Shown piece by piece: positions 1-13,819 of a stretch of DNA of 64,000 nucleotides. A program made the translations under genes and the position numbers. Each line of letters starts with the position of its first letter. Position 1 is the first letter of the stretch. The notes below the pieces were generated by a model. It was not told the origin of the DNA. It searched no databases and saw nothing but the letters and a program-made list of their open reading frames with translations. Source of the DNA: Xylographa opegraphella. Taxonomy: Eukaryota. The DNA is taken from contig JALDZX010000011.1 in assembly GCA_022813865.1 (NCBI GenBank), positions 124,001 to 188,000 of the forward strand, in the 5' to 3' direction.

Positions 1-1133
1 TTGCTTGCTGAAGGCATCATTCCCTCATACGATGGTCTAGAGACTGAATGTTTGGATAGAACTGAAATCGGAGAATGAAACCGTGGGTGAACACAGGTAG
101 CGAGATCTAGGAAAAACGATAGCCTCGATCAAGCTGCTGCAGCCTACAATAATCATTGTTGTGTCTCTCCTTGATTCGAGAATCATGTCAATCGTGGCCT
201 ATGCTATGAAAAAGAGGTTTTGTGCTAGAATGAACTTCGGTAGGCCTTGTTTCCCTTCTTTCTGTTCGATTGTGTCGAGGTCTACAGATTTAGCTACGCA
301 TGTGTAACGTTGCACAAGTTACACAAGGTAGTTTATCCTAGTCATTCTAGGTCCTCTGCCGCTCCACCGCTGCTCCGCTTGCGTCTCAACCTCATTATTC
401 ACTCAAACTCGCGACTGGGCGTCCGTTCCATAGAGGTGATTGCAGTCGAAGATACATAGTGCAGAGGACGAGCTCCTTCACAACCACCGCCATCCGGTGC
501 GCTAGACTTGGTACCCACTTCTGCGTTCTCCTTGAGAACTCAGCCTCCAGTGTCCCTCACCAGGCTCCTGTATCTCTCAAACTCGATGCACTTCCCACTT
601 TCTCTACGTACAATATTTCAGCGAGTCACCGCCTCAAACGGAGGATTGTGCTTTCGTGCGCTTGGCAGTGTCACACCATTCGTGGCGGTAATACTGTTAC
701 TGCTCTCGCTCCAAGCGAGGAACAGAAGCACAGCAAGCGGAGACAGCCTCCATCAGGGGCTATGAAGAACAACGACGACGGTCTCAAAATTTGATCTACA
801 ATGGCGGCACAAGTGACTATGCAGTAGATATGAGACACAGATGTCATACCAAATGCTTTGTAGGACGAAGCGATTGTGTTTCCACGACTTCGCCTGACTG
901 CCCTAAAATGGAGTAGTATTCGCCAAGCTCTGATTGGGGCTCTTAACCTAATCTCCGTTAGCACATCCCCACCCGGCTACAAGCGCTTCGCGTCGGCCAT
1001 CCAAATCCGCATTCTTCACATCTCTCCTCTCATCCCTTGCCGGCTCTCCTCCCCCAGCTACACACTATCTTCCTCTGCTCCTCCCTCTGTCTGTATTAGC
1101 TATAGAGCACTGCTCTAACCATCCCGCTCCACA

Positions 1134-2417
1134 ATGACCGCCACTCCAGAAACGACCGCCCCCCCTGCCCACCTACCTCTCTCCACCTCCTCTACGCTTC
1201 AACTCGTCCACCCCACAGCCGCCGAGAAGGATGCCACATGGCGCATCAACGGCGCCACCTGGCGCGGCGCTCTCTCCATCGAATCCTACCTGCGCCGCGA
1301 ACACTACCTTGCCGCTCAACCCTTGACCCAAAACGGAGGCATCACATACTGGATCCTGGTCGACTCTGCGGAATCACCAGCTTCCGCTGACCCAGAAAGT
1401 AAGCTCCCCCTCCCTTTTCATCAGCACATTTCCACCCGCCGGTGCGCGCGCCCCCTGCAACGACGGATCGCCCAGCTCACAACCCTCTTTCCCGTAGGTC
1501 CCCCAACCCGCACGATCCTCTCCTCCTGCGAATCGCTCCGCAAGCGCGCTCTCGTCGCCCACCGCGCCTCCGCCCCCACCGTCAGTGCCATCACCGCGCA
1601 CGGCATCGGCTCCGTGTTCTGCGCGCCGGTGCTCCGCAAGCGCGGCTACGCCGGACGCATGATGGCGGAGCTGAACCGGGCGCTGGCGACGCACCAGCAG
1701 GCGGACGGGCAGAAGAGCCTGTTCAACGTGCTGTACAGCGATATCGGGAAGCAGTTCTACGCGCGCAGGGGCTGGCATGCGCGGGAGAGCAGACACGTGG
1801 CGCTGCCGGCTGTGCCGGAAGCAGGGGAGGAGAAGGGAACGACAGCGAGGGCGTTGTATGCGGCTGATCTGCGGGCATTGTGCGAAGCGGATGAGAGGCT
1901 TTTGAGGAGAAAGATGGGGAGGTGGGGGGAGGGAGGGCCGGATACGAGGGTGGCGTTTGTGCCGGATGTGGAGACTGTGGGGTGGCATCATGCGAGGGAA
2001 GAGTTTGCGGCCGAGGAGATGTTGGGGAGAAGGCCGGAGGTGAAGGGGGCGGTGGTGGAGACGGCGGAGGGGAGGGTGTGGGCGGTGTGGACGAGGACGT
2101 TTGGGGCGAGTGAGGAGGGGAACTTGCTTCATGTCTTGAGGATGGTGGTGGAGGGGGCCCTGGAGGAGAAGGAGGAGGGTACATGGAGCGTGGAGGCTGC
2201 GGCGGAGGTGTTGAGGGCTGCGCAGCGGGAGGCAGGGCGGTGGGCGATGAAGACGGTGGAAGTGTGGAATCCGGAGGGGGTGGTTGTGCTTGCGGCGAGG
2301 AGTATTGTGGGGGAGGTGGAGGTTGTGGATAGAGATGAGGAGAGTATAACGAGTTTGATGTGGTATGGGGAGGGAGAGGTCGAGTGGGTGGGCAATGAGA
2401 AGTATGGGTGGTGTTGA
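1134..2417 (+). CDS. GNAT-family N-acetyltransferase (LYC1-like lysine acetyltransferase)
   Basis: Motifs WRGALSIESYLRREHYL, LSSCESLRK, GIGSVFCAPVLRKRGYAGRMM (acetyl-CoA motif A), LYSDIGKQFY and C-terminal WVGNEKYGWC; probable in-frame intron 1399-1497 (GTAAGC..GCTCAC..TAG). Confidence 0.85.
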   Translation: MTATPETTAPPAHLPLSTSSTLQLVHPTAAEKDATWRINGATWRGALSIESYLRREHYLAAQPLTQNGGITYWILVDSAESPASADPESKLPLPFHQHISTRRCARPLQRRIAQLTTLFPVGPPTRTILSSCESLRKRALVAHRASAPTVSAITAHGIGSVFCAPVLRKRGYAGRMMAELNRALATHQQADGQKSLFNVLYSDIGKQFYARRGWHARESRHVALPAVPEAGEEKGTTARALYAADLRALCEADERLLRRKMGRWGEGGPDTRVAFVPDVETVGWHHAREEFAAEEMLGRRPEVKGAVVETAEGRVWAVWTRTFGASEEGNLLHVLRMVVEGALEEKEEGTWSVEAAAEVLRAAQREAGRWAMKTVEVWNPEGVVVLAARSIVGEVEVVDRDEESITSLMWYGEGEVEWVGNEKYGWC

Positions 2418-2538
2418 GGATGTAATCGCATTCCTGTGATATATAGCATATGCATTTGGAAAGAACTCATGTGAACCGTGGTGCTTGGAATAGGTGCTGT
2501 ATACTGAATCTCCGTTCATGGTGCAGAGGCCTTCTCTA

Positions 2539-3749
2539 TCAGGTCCTGGTGCGTTTGAATCTGTCGTGCCACTTGCTTTTGTTTTTGGAAGTGGTCGAGA
2601 CAGCAGGCGCTCGGACGCCCGCATTTGTGGCTGTCAATGAATGATCCTTGAACGTGATAGAGCCATGTCCCAGATCTGTGAAAAATGCCTGCAAGAACTG
2701 GTTAGTGCCCAGCTGAGTGGATCGGGACAATCAAATACTTGTAAGAGATCTAGCTTGGCATCTTCTCGCCATCGTTCTGGAAGATGGTCTTTCCATAGTT
2801 GCAGAAAATTTGGAGGAGCACGCTTACTCCCATGACATAATACTTCGAGATACACTCGCCCGACCCATTGAACACATTTAACTCGGTCAATAAGAACCCC
2901 TGATAATAAATGAGCATAGAAATTCAAGATTAAATACAAATGACTTACAGCCTTCCATAGTGTTTTCATGGTCCGAGCTGAGTCTTCGTAGTATGGCTTG
3001 AGGCATTGCCTCATCCCAACAATCTTCCTCGACCGTGAGAATCCTGTCAACGTACTGAAAGGTATTTGTCACATCAATCCCTCTAATAGTAGTGGCGGTC
3101 ATGAATGATGCCCAGATCTGCTCAAGTTGCGATGCGGATGGGCGCCAAGCTTCATCTTCGATCTCAAATGCGCATAGCTCAGTCCAAGCAGCTTCAAACT
3201 CAGCAGTTGAGAATGGCGCGTTAGTGAGTAGGACTTGCTTGCTCCTGGTTTCCGATGTCTGTTGATGGATGTCGGGTAAAAACTTCTTCTCGTTGTAAAT
3301 TGGAATAGCGTTCCTTAGGAAGTGTACTGACTGAGTTTGTACGGGTACCAATTCGAGCAGGGCTTTACATTGGCCGATAGCGGTCACGCCGGATAACGAC
3401 GAGGAATCGATTCCGTTATCTAAGCCATTTGAGGATGGCTGTAAGATATAGAGAATATTAGACGACTGGACTTGGCGGACTTCAAATGTATGGTCATGGG
3501 TGCAAATGACCGCAGTCGGCGTTGGCGCGGAAGCAGCACCAGAATTTGGTTGTTCAGATTTCAAGTAAAGACTCTACGGTTGTTAGCTTGATCCAGGAAC
3601 GGATTGAAGTTATGTATGCAATATTCTTACACTGGAGGATGTTCGGACGCAATAAGCTCGAGTAAGGACGGCGGAAGCTCAAGCAGCCGGAAATTCTGCT
3701 GATCATTGCTGATGCTGAAGGAAATACCTGAGTCGTCTTGGCTCGACAT
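2539..3749 (-). CDS. DCC1: Sister chromatid cohesion protein Dcc1 (Ctf18-RFC subunit), multi-exon
   Basis: ATG 3749 gives MSSQDDSGISFSISNDQQNFRLLELPPSLLELI; then AVICTHDHTFEVRQVQSSN, FLQLWKDHLPERWR; last exon ends KWHDRFKRTRT* at 2539. Confidence 0.88.
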
Positions 3750-4255
3750 TATGTAACCTTCAGCCTCTCAGACCCATTTTTGACAACATAGTAGCAGTTA
3801 TGTGTCCGAGTTGTTTACAAGGTGGAAGTGTCAAGGTAGATTTAGGGTTGTCGCTTATCGGATCTTCCACGCGAGCTGCAGGGATTCGCGTTTGTTGACG
3901 CGATATTTTTGTCCAGCCTGGTCCAAGCTTCAGGCTTCAAGCCACAATCGGAGCTGTCATGAATCACATCTCCAAGCTGATCCGGAACACTTTGGATTAC
4001 TCCGAGGGTTTCACATGACTTCGGCTGGCTTCCGGGGTCGCTAGATATCACTCTTGGCCTTTTCTCCATCCAATTGATTGCAGTCCAGTCTACCTATATG
4101 AAGTCGGCGTAACGACAGGCGTCATAGGGCACATCACTCGTTCGGCCTACAATGACCCACATCTAGCACATCTAGATAAATTGTCGTCTCTCACGCTCGC
4201 TTGATCGCTTCGACATCATAATCGTTTAAACATCACCTCCCATACTTTGCCAGCC

Positions 4256-7200
4256 ATGGTGATCGTACTACCGGGTCCGGCTCAGCTGGACAGCAGCATT
4301 GTGTCGCTCTATTACACCAAAGACACTCTTCTAGCGAACCTCCCTGTGATTCTCTTCTACGGTCCGTCCACTACCACAAACTCTACGCTAAACAGTTCTC
4401 GAATTCAGGCACATGTCTATACATTAGGAGGCCTTCAGTCCTATCCTCGGCTGACCATTGCTCCGACCTCTCCGCTCTACGTTGCCGTCCAACATCTTAC
4501 AGAAGAAAAACAAGGAGATGAGATATGTCGTGGGCTGGCAATGAGCTTGTTGAAATACTTTACAGAAATGCCGAAGGAGGTCAAGGCAGCTTTGAGGGAA
4601 ATGGCGGCCATTGGACAACCAGACAGTACTGCCCCAGCCATGTTTGACGAGATTCACGCAGGGCACTTAGCGTCGAAGATGGTCCGCATCGATAATACCG
4701 TGGATGTGGCCAACTACGTTGCATCAGCGCTTGCTGAGAAATCGTTGTCTTGGACAGATGTAGATGTGATTCTGCCGCCTGGGTCCATTGCCGGTATCGA
4801 GCAGTCCAACGACCCGGAAGATAAGTTTCTCTATGCTGATGATGGTCGCCCTATGGTCGATTATGGAAAGTATGAAGATTTGGTGAAACTCTTCGGATCT
4901 CCTACATTTCTACCAACATCGAAGCTTAAAAGAGCACCGTCGAGACCTACTGCCATGAGCAGAGGCCGTGTACTTGCGCAAGATCAGAAGGAGGCACTTC
5001 GTCGGGAAATGTACGAGCTGTTAAGGACAGAAGAACGCTATGTTGGCAAGCTTCATGATCTAGTACGAAGTGTCGCCGTCGAATTTTGTCGGAATGCAAA
5101 TAGCAAGCCCTACCAAAGCACTACCCCGAGTGAACGCGCTATACAAAAGCTATTTCCGGAAAGTCTGAGCCAGATTTTGGACCTGAATACTGCTTTTCTC
5201 GATGGTATCACAGAACTGATGAAGAAAACTGAGGAGCAAGCTCATGATGACATCAATGGAACGTCCGAAGACAGGGCGGTCGTGCGATCAAGACCAATGG
5301 ATCTTCTTGGGACCGACGTTTTCGCAAAACTTCTTCTTGAGTGGTTTCCGCGCTTCAGGGAACCATATCAAGCGTACCTTAAAGCGAGCTCCGAATTCCC
5401 AAGGATATTGAATGATTTTCTTAGAGATAGTGCTTCGAATTTTTCACTGAAAATCCATGCTACAGGAGAGCAAAGACTGAGATCATGGCTAATAGAGCCA
5501 GTTCAACGCCTTCCACGGTATAGTCTATTAATCGACAACATGGTCAACCAGCTGCCTGCAAGTCATCCTGCTATGGGTAGATTTCTGAAGGCAAAAGACA
5601 TTATTACTGATATCTGCGCTCTGGACAGCGATCAGTCTTCTGACTGTAACCAAACAATAGAAAGGCTGCGAGATATTGTTACTGCTTGGCCAACATCACT
5701 TGCTCCACAGGGGCGTCTTATCACTGCAGTTGACGTGACGGAATTGAAGGCGCCTTACCGGACAACAACAACAGCCAAAGATGGCCAAGCAAGTCTGATG
5801 CTTTTATTCCCCGACAGCTTCGTTGTGCTGCGAAAGGTTGCTTCGAACTCTCTGTCCGCAAGAGGATTGCTTGCAGAAACTGATCGACCGGCTACAATAT
5901 CCACGATGCTAACATCGGACATCAATGATAATTCTACAGGTTTCAAAGGGCTTACCTTTGGCTTCTCGTTCCATCTCGAAGAGACAAGATTCACCGAATG
6001 CAATAGTGGCAGGTTGATTTCAATGGCTTGTGTTCGTCGTTCTGACTATGTAGACACGAGTAGAGTCACAAACAATCGAAAGTACTACGCGATTACTAGA
6101 GTTTTTGCTCTGCTAGGGTCGTATGAGGGCAAGGCTGCAAGATGGAACGAGGAGGTCGGAAGAGCTAGGATTGAGCAGCGCTTTCCAGAGACCATGCGGG
6201 AAAGCGACAAGTGGGCGCTGAGATCCATCAGTCCATCCGCAGGGACTTTAGGGATTTTAGCAGCAGTGTTTGAGAACGATCAGCTTATGGAGGAGGGTAG
6301 GTGCAGAAGCTCTCATGGGCGTATCAAGGTCGTTGTCGACCATGAGCTGGAAGAAAGGAGAAGTTCTACTGGAGATCGACGAGAACGCACGGTTGAAATC
6401 ACAGTCCGGATCATTCCACTGGAGGGTGTCGCTTCGTCGGAAGCCTGCCATTTCAGATTGGAATTTGCAGGTTCTTTCGGAGGTTTCACTTCCACAGACA
6501 ACGTCTCAAGGCAGGATTTTATGGGTGTCTTTCTGAAACGATGTAAGCAACGCGGTGTTTTCACGCAGAGTTCACCCGCTAATGCATTATGAAGTGGGAA
6601 ATCTCCAACGTATGCATCATCTCCCTCAAACTGCTGAGGCAGTGCAGGCACATATATCATATCATCAAAAGGTTGTTGAAGGTCTCCCTATTAAAGCAAC
6701 CATCCAAGAAAGTCAGATTCGCCGATTTCGTCCAGTATCTCCTGTGAAAGCATTGTCTAATTTCCTGAATGGGTCATCAAAGGAAGTTGAGCATTCGGTC
6801 AAAGATCGAGCTGTAGGGATTTTCGATGGGCCTACCATGCCTCCACCGGTTCGTCTACCATCGAGGTCGGATAGCAAGCGGAGGCCGTCTGATGAGGTCA
6901 ATAACAAAGTTACCTTGGTTGGCGATGGTCAATCAATGCAAAGAAATTCTCTTGCTCAATTAGAAGAAACTTTGAATGCATACATGATTTCGCTCCGGTC
7001 TCGCAGCGGAAATGTCGTTGGAAAAGTTTTGAGAGGTCGAGCTGGAGCTGATGAACTGGCTGTCAACGAGCTTTACAATACACTCGTTGAAGACCCATCG
7101 AAGGTTCAAGCTGCGGCAGAAGTTTCCGTTGACGTTCTCTTTGCTGCGTTTGAAAAGTTCTTAAACAAGGCATGGAAGGATCGGATGGGCCCAATTCTTG

Positions 7201-8972
7201 GTGCTCAGATGCTCCGAGATATGCAGTCTATGTTGGACTCATCGAGTACTGGTCGGGCTCCCGAACGTTTCAAGTTGCTCTTGGGTGAGATGACACCCCA
7301 AAATAAAAGAGCATTCATTGAGATGATCAAACTGCTTTCTGATCTGCTCGATGCCTCTGGTAATGATGGTGATCGCGGTGTCCTCATTGCTACGTTTGCA
7401 GAGACTCTGGTAGTGGAAGGAAACCCATATAGCTATGTCACCTTACTGGACCATTTGGTTGATGACTTTGATATACTCTTCGATGTTACGACCTCCAATG
7501 AAGCCCTTGTTACCGGCTTGGCAGCTGATTCTCTGAAGCGTACACGATCATTCAACACTGGATCCCTAAGCTCTAATGCGTCTTCGATACGGAAAAGATT
7601 CGGATTTGGTACGCTTAGCAGGGAGAACAGTAAATCAGAAATGGAGTCGAGAGTGGGCCAAGTTTGGCGTTCATTGAGTAAGAAAAGTACTGCGGAGAGT
7701 GATTCGCAGCCATCAAGTCTGTCCAAAGCGTTCTTATCTCGGTCGAGGTCTACAGACACGGATTCGCGGAAGCCTCTGCCGGCTCGGCCGATGTCACAAG
7801 AAGGGCCGAACATTGTAAATACATCCCAAGAGACTCGACCTCGACCAGGCAGTTCACATAATACGCTCTTTGGTCTATCGACCATTGGCGAAGCAGCTTC
7901 CGAACCACACCAGCCCTCTCTCAAGAAAAAGAGACGTAGTTCGTTGTCTGATCTCCATGCTATTATGGCGTCTGGTATGACTTCTTTCGGTTCTCCTGCT
8001 CAGGCTTACAAGGGCGACGTATCTGAGGATTCCATCAAACCATTCCAAGCGGCACGGACCGCTCTTCGAACACCACCATCAAAGTCACAAAAATCTGGCT
8101 CCCAGGGTGGGTCTCCAAGCCGTTTGAGATCACCCAGTAAAATAACGGCTTTGCCAAGCAAGATTCCAGGATCTCCTGATCGAAAAGAGAATTCTCCGTC
8201 GATGAACCGAACATCTTTGACTGAGAGAGCAGTCAACAGGAAGACAAATGAGGTTGTCATTGCAAGCTTCAGTCCCAAGAAGCGAGAGAATAGTCAAACT
8301 GGTATTCCGGCTCTAAGAAGGGGTCTACAGGAAAGATCTAGTCCCACCACCCATCCTGTCACACAGTCTACTACACTCAACAGATCACCTCAGAAATTAA
8401 GAATGCAGAGTCCACAGAAGGTAAATCCTCAGTCGAGTTGAAGACTTTTCCCCTCGCTAACATTATCTCAGCTCCGTGAACGATTGCAGCAAGAAAAGAA
8501 GTTGATTGACGAGGCAGGACCCGGTCTACAAGCGGAACTGACCAAAATCGGCGAGGAGCTATCAGCACTGAACCTATCCCGCACAGGAACCAAGGCGCCT
8601 GGAATGGATATCTCGGACCTACAGATTCGTATTACCAGGCTTGAAGGCAAGATCTCTGAATCCGCAGCTGACCTGAACAAACGCTACACCTCCATCCAGG
8701 CCGACCTTGAGTCATCTCTTGTGGTCAATGAGAGGAAAGCCAAGAGTCTGGATGAGCTTTACCGAGAAGCAAACGCAGAAAATGAGGCCTTGTATGAGCG
8801 ATTCAACGAGGAGCTAAGCAAGGTGCTTAAATCAGTCAAAGGTGGACAGGGAGTAGATGAGATGAGGGCGAAGATGAAAGAAGCCCAGGACGATGCTGCG
8901 AGGCTCAAGAGGGAGAATCAGCGGCTGAAGAGGGAGAATTTGGGTTTACGGAGCCAGTTGAAGGGTGAATGA
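4256..8972 (+). CDS. BUD3: Large DH-domain Rho guanine nucleotide exchange factor (Bud3/Gef2-like), 3 exons
   Basis: DH motifs ELLRTEERYVGKLHDL and LRSWLIEPVQRLPRYSLLI; C-terminal coiled coil; introns 6543-6594 and 8421-8471 join three ORFs in frame. Confidence 0.75.
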
Positions 8973-10245
8973 ACAATCATGGGCTATGAGCGGTGGGTCT
9001 GGCTGTTGCGGTGATGAACACACAAATGTCACGCTGATGACGGCGTTCTGGCCTTGGGGCGAGGTTGTCCTCCATGTGAGGCTCGGGTTCAAAAAGCTCG
9101 GCGACGATATACGATGGGTTGCTTCTGTTTGTGCCTGGTGGTGACGGTAGCTTACTTTGCGGTCAAAAGGCTACGGAAGGAAATACTGTAGAACAATCTC
9201 TGCTTTCTGCTATCAATGCTTGCAGGAGCCTGTGTTTTGTGTACACCTCATATGCATGGAATTAAATGGAACTGGACCAGCACTTACGGTCCAATCTGCG
9301 CTTTCCAGATGAACGTCGAGTCGATCAGTCTAGACACGATTTCAATCCATCGCCCGAGCGACAGGCCTTCACGCGAAGCGTCGGTGAACGTGTTCGATTT
9401 GGCTATATCGGAGCGATTCGAGGTACAATCAGATATGTGTCGCCCTCTTCGTCTTTGGGAGCGGCATAAGCACACTGGGTCCACTTGCCGATGGGGTGAT
9501 CGACCGCAATTACAACGACTTGGAGATGGGTATTAGATCTCAATTATTAGTGGTGCATATTTTACCTCTGCTTGATTTACAACGCGAACAAGCTTTTGTC
9601 TGCTTCAGTACCAATCCCGGGGGTGTCGCGATCCTGGCTATAATGTTCAACAGTCGTTGCAACGCTACAGTATAACGGGCTGTGAGCCCCAGCGCGCAAG
9701 CCGCTTTCGCAATCGGCTGGGCGTGCGAGTGTTGCCACGGCAGCATTCATGGGTTCGTTGGCGGACGATGTGTAGCGGAAGATTATGAGTGTTTGTATGG
9801 ACAGCTTGAAGACGTGTGGTAGGTGGCAATTGGGTTTTCGGGACGGGCGTTCGTGTTGGATCTCTAAAAGAGGAGATCCCGTTGCGGACAGGGTTGAATG
9901 GGGAGTATGGGCTGAATCTGGTCGAAGGAGAGTGAGAATCAGTTGGTTGGGGTGCGGCTGTTAATATAGTGGAATAGACGATTCTGTAGTGGAGTATATA
10001 ATGACCAGGAAATCACTTCTCATATGGCAAATGTGTGATCTTAACATCCAAAGCGCGGATATTGCATCCATGAATACTAACAGGATCATGCTCGGCTATC
10101 CGCAGCAGGCTTTGCTGCCCTAAAAGCGGCAAGCCGTTGAGGCGCGTCAAACTCAGCTTTTCTGTAACTGTAAATTCTCCAAACAACGAGCTGTAACATC
10201 CACACCCTCCCTCCAACCTCACCGCATTCCAAGCCAACCGCCGAC

Positions 10246-10668
10246 ATGCCCGTCTCCAAGAAAGCCAAAGTCTGTCACCCCATTCCTCCTCCCCACCGAT
10301 CTTCATGCCTAACTCCAAGCTGACCGCCCACCTTTCTCTCCCCAGATCCAGCGCGAGCACCGCAAAGGCGACAAAGACGGCACCCGCGCCCCGGTTAAGG
10401 CTAACGGCTTGCCGGTCAAAGCACCGAAGCCGACTTCTATCGTATGTTATACTCTGTTCATTTACGAGAGTAAAGAGGGTGGGGGACAGTGGGGGTTTTT
10501 GGTATCAGCTGGGGGAGTTGCAAATTGGGCTAACAGGGACGACAGTGTGCGAATTGTCGCAAGGAGCTCGTGAATACGAACCTGGCGCAATTGGAGGCTC
10601 ACGCTCAGAGTCATGATCAGAAGGCGTGGCCGAAGGAGAAGTGTTGGCCGGAGATTTTCAAAGGGTGA
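10246..10668 (+). CDS. Small (80 aa) basic zinc-finger protein, ZNF706/DUF1909-like, 3 exons
   Basis: Exons 10246-10269, 10346-10441, 10546-10668 give MPVSKKAKIQREHRKGDKDGTRAPVKANGLPVKAPKPTSICANCRKELVNTNLAQLEAHAQSHDQKAWPKEKCWPEIFKG; CxxC..HxxxH; canonical splice and branch sites; absent from ORF track. Confidence 0.8.
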
Positions 10669-11325
10669 GCGGAGCAAGCGGAGCCTGTGAGGAGGGAGAT
10701 CGTGATGGGGCTAGGTGTAGAGGCCGTGGTTTCCTAGCTGATGGGAGGCTCGAGAGGTTTGTGCTTTAGATTTGGACGTCGGAGCATTGGAGCTATTGGG
10801 CTTGGGTTATTCTGGGCGGTGACAATGGAGCTATTTGGCTTCCATGACTGTGCTGTGCTATGGGTGATCGCGGGGCTCTGAAATGGAGAGCTGAGTCGAT
10901 TGATACTTAATGCGCTGTGGAAATCCTTTTCAATCAAGTGGTAACAAATGTGTTTTGGTCGCCCTGGAATTGTTCCTGTGACTTTCTTTCCAGCTCGATG
11001 ACATGCCTATTGCTATGATTGTCGATATGCGAAGGGGCTATACCTGTCGTAGATACAGTCGCGAACAGGATTGACTCGGAGGTGCGCCTCAAATCTTATC
11101 TCTGAATATCGACACTTTAGCCGCACTCACATTCTAGGAGAAGCGCTTACTGCCGCGCCTACGGCGGCCACTACCCCGGTCTCGGAATGACGAAATTAGC
11201 AGGGCTGTGCATCGCGGTGCGCGTCTTCCTTGGCGGGGCACTGCCACTGCTGGAAGGGCTTTACAAAGGTTTTCCCTCAACGTGCGTCCTGCAAAACGAT
11301 CTCGGAATCGAATCTGGTCGATAAG

Positions 11326-13819
11326 ATGGCACCAGGTATTGTCTGCTTCTCCAGACCTATGATACTTGTTCTCGTCTTTCTCGTTCTCCTTCATGCTTCC
11401 CCGGCCGTAGCTTTTGGCGCTGGAAACATAGGTATGGTTTCCTCTCAGAGCCCGTCGCTTTCAGCTGGTCTAATATGATATAGCATCGATTGCAAAGATC
11501 GAGGGGGTTAACTGGCGTCATGGAGATATCGAGGACGTTCTCAAGACCATTGCTTTCATCAAGGGCCACAAATGGACGACGATGATGGTCAAGAGGGTCT
11601 ACTTTGGCAATTGGCTTCGGGATTACAGCCAAGCTGTGGATGTCGGCAGTCTCAAAGGCGTGCAAGCTGATACCGTCCGGATTCTCGTTTGGGTGCTTTC
11701 GTTCTTGACCTTCGGATATGCTACTGGAGAGTTCGAGGTCACAGAGGATCGGTTGGGCGTTTACAGACCAGAGGAGCACATTGATAATCCGAAAGACTAT
11801 GCAGATAATGCGGATGCAAGACAATATGATGCCAGGCTGAGGCCGCCAGTGCAGCCGATTGAACTGCAAATTGATCCCCATACGGGTATGAAGAACTACA
11901 TTGCGAATGAGAGTTTGGGAATTGCCACAAGTTCTGGCTATATCAAGCATAGTTTTACACGAAGTATACACTTTGGGAGAGTCTATACCAGTGGGCCACA
12001 TGGAACTAGAGGTCAAGATGCGGACCTTTTTGAAGCGATGAGGTGCCTTGGCCAAGGATTGCACTGTCTGGAGGATTTTGGAGCACATACTAATTATACG
12101 GAATTGACACTGAGAGAGTTGGGCTTCAAAAATGTCTTCACGCACACAGGAACGGCGACGGAGATATACCTACATGGGAAGAGGGTATTCCCACTCGTGA
12201 CAGGTACATTTGGCGCTGTAGATTTCCTACTTTCCGTTCTAGGTGAAGCTCAAGGTAATCACCCATCTTACAAAGTTTTACTATACTTTCGAGGCTGATG
12301 TTATCCAGATCACTTTACGCAATCTGAGGTTGAAGAACTGGACTTGGCCTTGGATCAAGCTCAAATGCAGTCGCAATCTTCTGCGGAGCCGGGTTCGAGA
12401 TCTTTCGGAGAGCCTGCTGGTAGTGCTTCGTATCTTACAGGACTACTAAAACAAGTCCCCGGAGCTGGCTCTCTTTGTCAGCAAGCAGAACAACTGCAAG
12501 AGAGTTCAGAGGCACAGGAACGCTCAATTGAATCAACTGCCCGCTCGACACAGCCGGGATTTTTATTTCAAGGTCCGCCAGGATCCGTTGGAGGTCCGCC
12601 AGGTCCCGGTATTCCAGGCTTGAGTCCTGATTTCGACCCCAAGAAGACCATCGCACAAATATATCCAATCTTAGAGTTCCGCGATAAGGTCGTGAAGCTT
12701 ATAGATGCTACGATTGAGAAAATCCCTGGTCTCGAAGCCCTCGTCGAAAAGATAACCGAAACAGTTACGCTCTTCGTCATGTCGCTGCTCGCGCCATTCA
12801 TTCGACCGATTATCAACGCTGTTTCAAAGCAGCTGAAAGCCGGCAGTACCTCGGTAGTCGACTCATCTGGGAAGCATCAGTACGAACCCTGGACCGACCC
12901 ACACTGTACCGATCCGACCCATTCCCTCCTTTCGAAGGACCACTTTTCCAATATTCTCAACGAACCTGCCGGCAAAGTGGCTGCCACAATCCTCAAATAT
13001 GTAGCTCCGCGAATTCTTTACGCCTGGGAGCATCCTGACATCCCGATCGACGAAGTCCTCAACGACATTATACGTGTCTTTCATCATCCAGCTAATAGAG
13101 ACCCACACTGCGAACTCCACCGCGAAATGTTCTCAGTTGTCGAGAACTGGGCCTCCTCTCAGCCGAACCGAGGCGCTGAACTAAACAACATCCTCAGCTC
13201 CGAGGGCGTCCGCCATGGCAAGAACAACGTCGGCGGCGACGATGATGGGCATCAACACGGAAGTCTACCTTCTATGGGCAAGCTCTTCACTCCAGCATCC
13301 AAGCCCACGCAAGGCGACGGGATGAGCCGCGACACCATCGACCCAAGCTACACCGTCAAGCTGTTCAAAGAATCCTTTCCCGGAACGGAAACAGCCAACG
13401 ACGGCGCGAGCCCTTCACCAGCACCGCCTGGAAGTTATGCCTACGGCCAGCCTTCCTACCAACCGCCTGCATACGGACAGCAATCTTACCCCCCGCAGGC
13501 CCAGCCGTATGGCGCGCCGCCCGTCCAACAGCAACCGTATGGGTCATACAGCAGTCCGGCGCTGCCGCCAGGACAGGAGCAAGCATACGAGCTGTATGGG
13601 AGTGCGGACCTTCCCCACGGACGGTCGTCGGGAATGTACGGTGGCCCACCTCCGCCGCAGAACCAGTACGGTGCCCCTTACGCGCCACCGGGGTATCCGC
13701 CCGAGTCGGACTATGGCTTTGCATCCAACCCGGGGCAGTCGGCCCCGCAAAGGCCATATGGCTATGAGGATCCTGCGCCCGAGCCGGGTCGCGACTACTA
13801 TGGTGGTGGGAGATACTGA
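11326..13819 (+). CDS. het-C: Heterokaryon incompatibility Het-C family protein
   Basis: Signal peptide then AFGAGNIASIAKIEGVNWRHGDIED, RVYFGNWLRDYSQAVDVG, YRPEEHIDNPKDY, LHCLEDFGAHTNY, DPTHSLLSKDHF; G/P/Y/Q-rich tail; introns 11432-11483 and 12255-12308. Confidence 0.95.

Noticed and set aside
1374..2624. 416-aa antisense ORF (and similar ones at 19260-20171, 24935-25921, 51612-52280, 57453-58142)
   Set aside because: Low-complexity shadow ORFs opposite real genes in GC-skewed islands where stop codons are rare
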